This document shows positions 8,163-15,513 of a stretch of DNA of 20,000 nt, in pieces. Below the pieces are notes generated by a model that was given only the letters and a program-made list of their open reading frames with translations, had not been told where the DNA came from and made no database searches. Position numbers and translations under genes: made by a program. Every line of letters starts with the position of its first letter. The stretch's first letter is position 1. Source of the stretch: an uncultured virus (IMG/VR IMGVR_UViG_3300016464_000060) (lineage: Duplodnaviria > Heunggongvirae > Uroviricota > Caudoviricetes); IMG/VR virus record IMGVR_UViG_3300016464_000060, positions 48,170 to 68,169 of that record. The stretch is one strand, 5' to 3'.

Positions 8163-9476
8163 TTATGCGGGTAAATACTTAGCCGCGTTAGTGTTCTTAG
8201 CTACTTTGCTTTTGCCTGTGGTTTTGCCACGGGCTTGCTGAACTCTGTCCATCATCTTGTACAACTGTCTAGCACCGGCATCAGTAGAGCCATTACCGAG
8301 TTCAGAAACAATACGGGCAGGTACCACAAACTCACCATCAGCAAGACGAGCAGGCTGCTTGTCTCCGATTTGCGCTGGGATTGAGTCTGAAACGCCATCA
8401 CCGGGCCCCCTTAGTAATCTGCCGCCATCAGAGTAACCGCCTAAATCAGATAAGCCCCCTGCGGCTAAACGAGTACCTTGCATATTAGGCTCGCCAGACA
8501 TTTGTCCTACAGTACCGCCACCAGAAGGGGCGAGGTTTGCCATCATGTTGGTAGATTGCGGTGTTTGGTAGGGCGTACCAAAAGCGGACGTGGTCATGTT
8601 TGCCATCGGGTACATAGTGTTTGCACCTACTGCGGCTTGGTTGGACATTAACTCTACGGGACCACCGCCAGCCAAAGCAATGATTCCGCCGTCTGCGGCT
8701 TGGTAAGGAGTCTGCGCAACCATAGTAGGCGCAAACCATTTGCGCTCACTTGTGTCTTGTCCCGGTATATACGCCGTATTTATTGGGTTATTGGGGTTTT
8801 GAAGGTTGTAATCAAACTTATAAGGGCGAATCATTTGCGGTTTTTGCGCTGCTGTAGGCATAGCTTTTGGTCTTGCCGCGTCCATAACTCCGGGAAGTGC
8901 TGCAGCGCCTAAAACTTTATAGCCGCCTAGTGCTTGAATTGTGTTAGGGCTATTCCAAATAGCTTGTGCACCGGTCGCCGCCTTTTCATACCAAGGAATG
9001 TTGTTTAGCGCTTCTTGTCGAACGGCTTCTGCCCCCGCTTCTCCTCCCACTGCGCCAGATATTCCAGTTGTATCTGTAGCCGCCGCACCTGCATCCATCA
9101 CATTACCCGCCAAACTAGCACCGCCGTAAGCGCCTACACCACCCATTAAACTTCGTGTGGGGTCTTTTCCGCCGGTAGCAGCATAGTTTGTAGCCGCAAC
9201 ACTTGCGGCAATTTGCCAAGCAGCCAACTCAGGAAAAGCAATAGCTAGCGCAGCGCCAGTAACAGTTGCTCCAATACCGCTTGTGGCGTTACCCAATTCT
9301 TGGCCTAAGTTAAAGGCTTCTGGTAGTCCAGTGTGTGGGTTAATACTTAATGACTTGCCTTTTGATTGTGCCAACGCTTGAAGTCCTGCGACTTCTTTTG
9401 GATTCATGTGGACAAGGGTTGAGTCGCCATGACGACCATGCGCGGCTAAGTGTTTTGCAGCAACTTCAAGGCTCAT
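8163..9476 (-). CDS. Probable internal virion/ejection protein with tape-measure-like C-terminal motif
   Basis: 437 aa; N-terminal GRHGDSTLVHMNPKE...INPHTGLPEAF block, Gly/Ala-rich hydrophobic segments (aa ~65-125), C-terminal YSDGGRLLRGPGDGVSDSIPA...RLADGEFVVPA block; SD-like GAGG upstream. Confidence 0.65.
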   Translation of the reverse strand: MSLEVAAKHLAAHGRHGDSTLVHMNPKEVAGLQALAQSKGKSLSINPHTGLPEAFNLGQELGNATSGIGATVTGAALAIAFPELAAWQIAASVAATNYAATGGKDPTRSLMGGVGAYGGASLAGNVMDAGAAATDTTGISGAVGGEAGAEAVRQEALNNIPWYEKAATGAQAIWNSPNTIQALGGYKVLGAAALPGVMDAARPKAMPTAAQKPQMIRPYKFDYNLQNPNNPINTAYIPGQDTSERKWFAPTMVAQTPYQAADGGIIALAGGGPVELMSNQAAVGANTMYPMANMTTSAFGTPYQTPQSTNMMANLAPSGGGTVGQMSGEPNMQGTRLAAGGLSDLGGYSDGGRLLRGPGDGVSDSIPAQIGDKQPARLADGEFVVPARIVSELGNGSTDAGARQLYKMMDRVQQARGKTTGKSKVAKNTNAAKYLPA

Positions 9477-9504
9477 ATATGCCTCACAAAAAGGGGGTTA
9501 ATCG

Positions 9505-9533
9505 AGTTTATCATGTCAAGGGCGCAGACACAA
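9505..9533 (-). promoter_or_regulatory. Candidate sigma70-type promoter upstream of the ejection-protein block
   Basis: Minus strand TTGTGT (9533-9528) - 17 nt - TAAACT (9510-9505) with TGA immediately before the -10 (extended -10 TGn); lies at the largest intergenic gap (34 nt) of the window. Confidence 0.4.
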
Positions 9534-10185
9534 ATGTCATTGTGGCTATAACAGAAGCGGTGGTTGGGCGAGTGGGGGTGACTCCCGCCGCGTAGTACTG
9601 CATGGTCACAGCGGTGTTGTCCGTAGACCAGTACAACTGAATGTAGTCATTAGCTGCCATACTTATTAAATAGTTCCAACCCGTGATGATGTGCCCCGGT
9701 GTTCCGCCGTGCGAATTGGGGACAGAAATTAAACCGTTAGACCCCACTACATCTGTAGAAGCACCGCCGTCATTACCTTGTCTTATCCAGACACTTACAT
9801 CATGTATCTGGGTATCTGTGTTTTGAAACTGGGAACTAAACTGTAGGTTGTAAATGCCGGGGTACACCACAGTAATTTTTGAACTACTAACAACAGATAC
9901 ATTGTTTGTAGCGGCTGTGTCCGTCGTGTTAAATGTCATTGCGGTGGCTGTATTAGCCGTAGCAGTTTGTGTGGTGGTATCTTGGAAAGAACCGCATACC
10001 GTGCGCAAAAACCTGCCGCCAGTGTTAGTGAGCAGCGATTGAGTTAAGTTGTCTACCTCATTGAAGTACTGGCGCAAGATGCCAGTTAAAGCATCTACAT
10101 ACGTGCGGTCGTACTCAACCGGAGCAGCAGGCAGGCGAGGCTGCTGGGAGGGCCGTAACTGGGTGGTGATTTGGGAAATTGTCAT
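9511..10185 (-). CDS. Putative tail needle/tip-like protein: short coiled coil plus C1q/TNF-like beta-sandwich knob
   Basis: 224 aa; N-terminal PRLPAAPVEYDRTYVDALTGILRQYFNEVDNL helix followed by beta-rich domain with TFNT...ITVVYPGIYNLQFSSQF...SMAANDYIQLYW pattern typical of C1q/BclA-like trimeric heads; ATGA-coupled to 718-aa gene, in the slot occupied by the gp26 needle in P22. Confidence 0.55.
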   Translation of the reverse strand: MTISQITTQLRPSQQPRLPAAPVEYDRTYVDALTGILRQYFNEVDNLTQSLLTNTGGRFLRTVCGSFQDTTTQTATANTATAMTFNTTDTAATNNVSVVSSSKITVVYPGIYNLQFSSQFQNTDTQIHDVSVWIRQGNDGGASTDVVGSNGLISVPNSHGGTPGHIITGWNYLISMAANDYIQLYWSTDNTAVTMQYYAAGVTPTRPTTASVIATMTFVSAPLT

Positions 10186-12338
10186 CTGCGCCCGTCTGGT
10201 CTAACATCAATACGTGGCACGCCTAACTGCCACTGTGTACCAAGGTCGGTAGAGGAAATCTTGAACGCCATCTGTCTACCACGTATGCGCACATAGACCT
10301 GCTGGGTAAATTGCTGGACGTTATATGTAGTTGTGCTTACGTAAGACTGCGTGCTGTCAACGGCACGGTTATCTGATGACCCGTAGTTAGAGCCGGGAAA
10401 GTTACGAGGACGAACCGTGAAGTCAGCGGAGGGCGCTGCTGCGGTTGAGCCGTCAAATGTGATGTCAGGTATAAGACGCCACACAAAGCCAAAGTTGTGA
10501 CCGTCACCAATATCAAAGTCCGAAGACTGCACATATGCATCAATAGCCAGCGGAGTGCTAGTCTCATTATTGTCAACAGTAGTTTCATGGTATACCACCG
10601 CCCCGTTTGTGTAACTTGTAGGAGTGCCAGCATCATTATTAGCCGTGTATCCAATAGCTGCCGTAGGCTCAGTACGTAGCGGGCTATCTAACCATGCTGT
10701 GCGGGGGCGCACAGTCGAGCCGTTCATAGTGCCGTAGTACCAAGTGCGCTCTAGGTGGTTATAGATGACGTAGCGGTCAATCAAGGTATTAGGGGAGCCA
10801 GCAGTGCCTGTTCCGTTTCCTCCATCAGATGTGGTGCCGGTAATAGATGGGTAGAACCACCATATCTCGTTGTAGCCTTCGTTAGTGCCAGAGTGAATCT
10901 GGAACGCTTCTGTTAAGTTGATGTTGCCATAGATGTACTGACGCAAAGCACAGGGAAGAGTTTCCACCCGTCCAGAGTACATATAGAACTTATCAGCGCC
11001 CATCCAGTACGTGACGTTGTTAACCACAGATATAGCGTTTGGACTGACGATAGAAATGTTGTCCGCAAGAAGTTGAGTTCCCCAAACATACGGTGCCCCT
11101 AAGTACTGAAATGCATAAATAGCCGAGTCTGTTAACACCAAAATTTCTTGACGGGTCTGCATAGCAGACACAATGGTTGAGCCGTGGCTTAGACGAATAC
11201 CCCCCGCTTGGTTGGTAATAGAAGGAGCCCAAACAATAGTTGTGCCAGTAGCGGGAGTAAACGCGTTTTGGTCAGACCAGCGAATCTGCATAGGGTCTTG
11301 GGCGGTCGTGGCATATACGCCCGTGGGGTCGTTACAACCAAACGCAAACACAAACCTAGAAGAGTCAGACACCAACACAAAGTTTGCTACAGAGGGGCAA
11401 CTAGAGTCGGGCGTATAGGTAGTGCCTTTTACAACTATGCCTGTACTAGCCTTAACAATTTGCCCACGGTCGTAGACGTTAGGGTTTGAGTTATTTGCCC
11501 AGTAGTACATTGCACCACCACGGGGATTAAAGATTAAATCTTCTCCGTAGTTAGACTGACTCCACAGACGCAACTGCACGCCAATACCCAAACCCGCTGG
11601 CGCAGGTGAACCCCAGCCGGTAGATGAATACCCTGTAGTAACGCCACCCCAACCACCAACACCCCAGCCTGTGCCGTAGGTGTAAGTTGAATTACCTGTA
11701 GTAAGTTGAAAATCGCCGACCGTGGAGGCTCCGCCATTGCCAGAATCGCTTCCATTCGCTGTAGCAGTGGCAGTTATGGTAAATACGTTGTTACTTGTAA
11801 CGGTTACAACTTGATACTCTTGATTGAGCACAGTTGCCGTGATATTACCGCCAAGGGACGCGGCTCCGCTAAAACAAACAAAATCTCCAGCCTGCGCACC
11901 ATGCCCTGCGCAAGTTACAGTAATTGTGGCTGAGCCGTTTGTAGCCGCGAAAGTAACTGCCCCCGCCGCCGTTGTTGAGCGTATAGGCGTGATGTCGTTG
12001 TAGCTACCACCACTTGAGTTTTGTAGATAATATTTTAAGTTAGTGCCCACTGACAACAGGTTGTAGCCAGTAAGATTGATCCAGTTCCAAAGTGTTTTGG
12101 CAATACCCCAGTACACGCCTGTAGATGGTGTTGCAGATGTTGACGTACCACTAGATGTAAAAGTGCCCGTTGGGGCAGTGGTGTTAATAGCCCCGCCGTC
12201 GCGTTGCCAGCCGCCAATCTTCTCAGGGTAGCCAGAACGGAAACGAATCTTGTCGCAGTCGTACCATCCACCCTCGTTGGATAGGGTCGTGCCTTCTCTG
12301 TTTACACCGGGTCTAAACTGTAGTTTCTGTAATGGCAT
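10182..12338 (-). CDS. Putative tail hub / virion stabilisation protein (P22 gp10 / tail tubular B-like beta-propeller)
   Basis: 718 aa, beta-rich; motifs IRFRSGYPEKIGGW, QIRWSDQ, YWMGADKFYMYSGRVETLPC, EIWWFYPS, YVIYNHLERTWYYG, RIRGRQMAFKISS...WQLGVPRIDVRPDGRR typical of short-tail structural proteins; precedes needle-like and ejection-like genes. Confidence 0.7.
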   Translation of the reverse strand: MPLQKLQFRPGVNREGTTLSNEGGWYDCDKIRFRSGYPEKIGGWQRDGGAINTTAPTGTFTSSGTSTSATPSTGVYWGIAKTLWNWINLTGYNLLSVGTNLKYYLQNSSGGSYNDITPIRSTTAAGAVTFAATNGSATITVTCAGHGAQAGDFVCFSGAASLGGNITATVLNQEYQVVTVTSNNVFTITATATANGSDSGNGGASTVGDFQLTTGNSTYTYGTGWGVGGWGGVTTGYSSTGWGSPAPAGLGIGVQLRLWSQSNYGEDLIFNPRGGAMYYWANNSNPNVYDRGQIVKASTGIVVKGTTYTPDSSCPSVANFVLVSDSSRFVFAFGCNDPTGVYATTAQDPMQIRWSDQNAFTPATGTTIVWAPSITNQAGGIRLSHGSTIVSAMQTRQEILVLTDSAIYAFQYLGAPYVWGTQLLADNISIVSPNAISVVNNVTYWMGADKFYMYSGRVETLPCALRQYIYGNINLTEAFQIHSGTNEGYNEIWWFYPSITGTTSDGGNGTGTAGSPNTLIDRYVIYNHLERTWYYGTMNGSTVRPRTAWLDSPLRTEPTAAIGYTANNDAGTPTSYTNGAVVYHETTVDNNETSTPLAIDAYVQSSDFDIGDGHNFGFVWRLIPDITFDGSTAAAPSADFTVRPRNFPGSNYGSSDNRAVDSTQSYVSTTTYNVQQFTQQVYVRIRGRQMAFKISSTDLGTQWQLGVPRIDVRPDGRR

Positions 12339-12346
12339 TTCTAATC

Positions 12347-13006
12347 CTAGACATTCATAGCAGCAAGCACTTTGTCGTACTTTGCCTTGCGCTCGGCATA
12401 CCCAATTAGACCACCGTTGATACGTTTAGTCATTCCTTCTAGGTCGCCTTTATCGGCATACGATGAAAGATTATTGGCCTTCCAGAACCACCCGGCACTT
12501 CTTGCAGCATACATTGGCTCAAGTAGCAGATCAGGATTACCGACAAGATCAACGCCAAGACTTTGACCACACCGCGCATAGTTGTCCTTGCCAGTTAATT
12601 GCTTTAGACCTCTTCCCCTGAACGCGAAGCCCTCACCAGACTCAGCGGGGCCATTTCCCATACGAGCCGAGTAGACCAAATTTGCTATCAACTCAGGCTT
12701 ACCGGCTATGCTGTTAGCCACTGCGGTAGGGATGTTCTTTCCCTTCTCATCCTTCTTAGGCTTTTTATCGGGGCCAAGTACGGCAAATCGGTTAGGCCAG
12801 CAAGCGGCAAGCGTGGCAGCCTTGTAGTTGAGGTTTTCAGAAAGCATGGTGTAGCCACCAGACTCATGGCTAGTCTGCGCTAGGAACGCGGCAACGCGCT
12901 GTGGTGTGTTAATTTCAAACTCAGCGCAAGTCTCTATGACGGCGTTAATCCACTTATCAGGGTCTTTTACGCCAGCCGCTACAAGTAGTGGGTTGTTTGG
13001 CGTCAT
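12347..13006 (-). CDS. Endolysin, glycoside hydrolase family 19 (chitinase-like fold)
   Basis: 219 aa with RVAAFLAQTSHESGG, ENLNY, FRGRGLKQLTGKDNY, SAGWFW and TKRINGG motifs of phage GH19 lysins; ATGA overlap with upstream membrane protein. Confidence 0.92.
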   Translation of the reverse strand: MTPNNPLLVAAGVKDPDKWINAVIETCAEFEINTPQRVAAFLAQTSHESGGYTMLSENLNYKAATLAACWPNRFAVLGPDKKPKKDEKGKNIPTAVANSIAGKPELIANLVYSARMGNGPAESGEGFAFRGRGLKQLTGKDNYARCGQSLGVDLVGNPDLLLEPMYAARSAGWFWKANNLSSYADKGDLEGMTKRINGGLIGYAERKAKYDKVLAAMNV

Positions 13007-13485
13007 GTCTGCTGTTCCTTTTGCTTCTGGTCAACTGCCTCTTGGCTCTTATTACTTGAACCATAGAAGAATCGAATCAAACTGTTGACAGCAGTACCAA
13101 TCAGGAAACCCAAGATGATGTTGATAAAGTCTCGGTTGTGGTTATCTATTGGTAGGAATGACACTAAGAAGAAATACAGGAACGAAATAAAAGTTATGAA
13201 CCAAGCATAACGCTGAGTAAATTTACGAGTGCTTTCATCGTTCATATACATATCCGTTGCCCGCTGGGTGGACTTCTCGTCCAACTCAGCCATGAATTCA
13301 GAGTGCCTGTTTGCTTCCTCTTGTAATTTAGCGTTGTACTCAGGGGTGGCTTGGCCTTGGGGCTTTAACTCCATGCCCAGTTTCTCCTGCACCGCGTCCA
13401 CGCCTTTTTCAACGACTTGATCGGCGACCTTGTGCATCCCGTTTTCAATCAGGTTTGCTACGATTCCTGCAACTATTGGTAACAT
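13003..13485 (-). CDS. Putative holin (two C-terminal TM segments, FFYGSS end motif)
   Basis: 160 aa; hydrophobic YAWFITFISFLYFFLVSFLPI and FINIILGFLIGTAVNSLIRFFYGSS, charged C-terminus, amphipathic N-terminus; directly upstream of and coupled to the endolysin; resembles GTA-type 3TM holin family. Confidence 0.6.
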   Translation of the reverse strand: MLPIVAGIVANLIENGMHKVADQVVEKGVDAVQEKLGMELKPQGQATPEYNAKLQEEANRHSEFMAELDEKSTQRATDMYMNDESTRKFTQRYAWFITFISFLYFFLVSFLPIDNHNRDFINIILGFLIGTAVNSLIRFFYGSSNKSQEAVDQKQKEQQT

Positions 13486-13649
13486 TATTTTTCCTTTAGT
13501 TCCTGTTTTAACCTACGCAACTCTTTGATCTCTCGCTTGAGTTGTGCTTTCATATATAGGGTTTCTACGTATGCCAGTGTGGTTGTTGCGACTATTACAC
13601 ATAGCGCCACTGCACTCAAAACCCACCCGATAAGACGCGCAGTTGCCAC
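13485..13649 (-). CDS. Small membrane protein (N-terminal TM + basic coiled coil), not in ORF track
   Basis: Hand translation from GTG at 13649: MATARLIGWVLSAVALCVIVATTTLAYVETLYMKAQLKREIKELRRLKQELKEK* (54 aa); TAA overlaps the holin-candidate ATG (TAATG); GGGTGG upstream; fills the otherwise empty gap 13486-13615. Start codon uncertain. Confidence 0.7.
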   Translation of the reverse strand: MATARLIGWVLSAVALCVIVATTTLAYVETLYMKAQLKREIKELRRLKQELKEK

Positions 13650-14329
13650 ATCAGCCACCCGAAAAGTAAAGAGATAAATACCACGGCAATCACTCCTGCT
13701 GTTACTTCAATACAAAAAATCTCTGCCTGTTCCTTACGCCATCTTGCCAAGCGCCTCTTTCTCAACATCTCTGACCTAGCCCAAGCCTGTTCCTGTTCGA
13801 TCTTCTTGTGCATCTTCAAGAACCTGCTATACAAATCCTTCAACTCCGCTGGGGCGTAGACCATCGCCTCACGCACCTGTTCAAACAACTTCTCCATCTG
13901 TAACTCAATCAACGCACGCTCAATCGCCTTCTTGCTGGTGTTTTGCGTTGGGTCGTAGTTTGTTTTACTTTGCTCCTCTAGTTCGTGGTAGTAGTCGTTT
14001 ATCTGCTGTTGTGTGTCGAACAGAAACCCCAACTTGTCACCGATGTCCTTGATAAGTTTGAGTTCAAGTTCTTCGTAGGACTGCTTGACTGCGACGGTCT
14101 TTGCCGCTTTCGCCACAGGCTTTGGCGCGTCTGACTTAACAGGCTGTTTGCGAAACAGTCCAACAAACCAATCAAAGATGCCCTTAATGGCCTTAACGTC
14201 GCCGATGACGCCTTCAACGGTTTTCTTGGCTCCCTCAAGTTCAAGTCGGCCTTGGTGCAGAAAGTCGCATCCCTGCTTGATAAAGCCAACAGCGGTTTGT
14301 GCCGCCATGAGGAGAGTGAAAGGGTCCAC
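13616..14329 (-). CDS. Hypothetical coiled-coil protein with C-terminal membrane anchor (lysis-region associated)
   Basis: 237 aa, GTG start 3 nt after the fibre gene stop; amphipathic N-terminus MDPFTLLMAAQTAVGFIKQG, long helices, Arg-rich patch RKRRLARWRK, then TM VTAGVIAVVFISLLFGWLMW. Confidence 0.75.
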   Translation of the reverse strand: MDPFTLLMAAQTAVGFIKQGCDFLHQGRLELEGAKKTVEGVIGDVKAIKGIFDWFVGLFRKQPVKSDAPKPVAKAAKTVAVKQSYEELELKLIKDIGDKLGFLFDTQQQINDYYHELEEQSKTNYDPTQNTSKKAIERALIELQMEKLFEQVREAMVYAPAELKDLYSRFLKMHKKIEQEQAWARSEMLRKRRLARWRKEQAEIFCIEVTAGVIAVVFISLLFGWLMWQLRVLSGGF

Positions 14330-14332
14330 ATC

Positions 14333-15316
14333 TTAGGCAGTTCTGTTCCACATATATACAGCGATATATGGCGAGATGGTTGTTACGGCTGTACCAGAAC
14401 CTGTGCCGTCCGTTGTACCTGACACGCTGTGGGTGTGAGAGATATCCGCGTAGTTTGTGTATGTAGCGGGGCCATTACCAGCGTTGTAGTTCTGTACAAA
14501 CTCCCTGTTACCCGCATCGCCGCCATATTCGGCAGTAGAGTCGTTTGAACCGACATAATGCTGGTGAGTTGAATTTGCACTCATGCCGCCAGTTGTCGCA
14601 CTGAATGTGTGGGTGTGACTTGGCAGGTTAGTTGTAGACAGCGTTGTCGTTGCCGAACCGCCAGTTGATCCTGCGGTGTATGTACCGTCTGCACTTATTG
14701 GCATCCGGCCTTGTCCATACGCTACCCATGTACCAAACCCAAGGAGCGTTCCCGGATTTGTACTTACCGTGCTCATATAGATAGAGCCAATTGGATACGC
14801 CGCGACAAGCGCTGAAGTCACGAATGCCGTTGTTGCAATCTGGGTTGTGTTCGTACCCGCCGCCGCAGTGGGGGCCAGAGGAGTGCCAGTCAAAGTTGGG
14901 TTGGCTAAGGTGGGAGACACCATATAGTTAGTAGCCACTACCACATCCGTGCCGTTGGACACTAGGACAATCTTTGCTGCCGCAGGGACTGACACGCCTG
15001 TTTGCCCGCTTACTTTGACGGTGATGGCGCTAGAAGTATTGTTGTAGATGAAGTAGAGTTTCTTGTTGGAAGGCACAACCAGTGTGCCACCACCTGTCCC
15101 TGTTAGTTCAAGGAACATATTTCTAGCCGTGGCTGATGCGCCGTTAGTCATCGCAAGGGTGTCAGTGCCCCCCGAACAAGCGTAGGTTGTGTAGCCAGAG
15201 ATAGCCTGCTCGATCAGCGTGCCGAGGTTTGTGTTGGTAGTTGACCCCCAGTTACCGGCCTGATCTCCCGTGCCAATCAACTCGATGGCTAGGTTGGTTG
15301 AATATGTACTTGACAT
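14333..15316 (-). CDS. Tail fibre protein with collar-like domain and HxH metal-binding tip motifs
   Basis: 327 aa; fibre repeat PTLTGTPLAPTAAAGTNTTQIATTAFV, collar-like YPIGSIYMS...NPGTLLGFGTW, three HxH motifs (SHTH, THQH, SHTH) as in T4 gp12/gp37-type tips, terminal PYIAVYMWNRTA; SD AAGGA upstream. Confidence 0.8.
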   Translation of the reverse strand: MSSTYSTNLAIELIGTGDQAGNWGSTTNTNLGTLIEQAISGYTTYACSGGTDTLAMTNGASATARNMFLELTGTGGGTLVVPSNKKLYFIYNNTSSAITVKVSGQTGVSVPAAAKIVLVSNGTDVVVATNYMVSPTLANPTLTGTPLAPTAAAGTNTTQIATTAFVTSALVAAYPIGSIYMSTVSTNPGTLLGFGTWVAYGQGRMPISADGTYTAGSTGGSATTTLSTTNLPSHTHTFSATTGGMSANSTHQHYVGSNDSTAEYGGDAGNREFVQNYNAGNGPATYTNYADISHTHSVSGTTDGTGSGTAVTTISPYIAVYMWNRTA

Positions 15317-15337
15317 AGTGGTTTTCCTTTAGATGGA

Positions 15338-15511
15338 TTATGCCGTGGGTTCGTCTGCAGGCAAAGGCGTATTTCCCGCCTCAAGCCATGCTAAATATTG
15401 CTGGTAATCGGTGTTAGCGGGGTCGAATGGGACAATAGCACCATCTGATAATCTACGAATATGAAATGTGGATACTTTTTTTTCTGTATCTGAATAAACT
15501 TGTTGGTACAT
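15338..15511 (-). CDS. Small putative fibre assembly chaperone (copy 2), not in ORF track
   Basis: Hand translation MYQQVYSDTEKKVSTFHIRRLSDGAIVPFDPANTDYQQYLAWLEAGNTPLPADEPTA* (57 aa); starts 2 nt after the 357-aa gene stop; clear paralogue of 16587..16751. Confidence 0.85.
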   Translation of the reverse strand: MYQQVYSDTEKKVSTFHIRRLSDGAIVPFDPANTDYQQYLAWLEAGNTPLPADEPTA

Positions 15512-15513
15512 TT

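Noticed and set aside
9515..9519. Perfect TTGACA on the minus strand (9519-9514) as a -35 element
   Set aside because: No -10-like hexamer 16-18 nt downstream (CCCCTT); it sits only 3 nt before TAAACT, so spacing is wrong.
12347..13006. True chitinase / auxiliary metabolic gene
   Set aside because: GH19 next to a holin candidate in a phage late module is better explained as the endolysin.
13485..13649. o-spanin lipoprotein call for the 54-aa ORF
   Set aside because: Residue before Cys is Leu (VALC), the hydrophobic stretch continues past the Cys, and there is no Pro-rich mature region.
15476..15483. A8 run (minus strand) as a frameshift or phase-variation site
   Set aside because: It is in frame (GAA AAA AAA) and the 57-aa ORF aligns with its paralogue without a shift.
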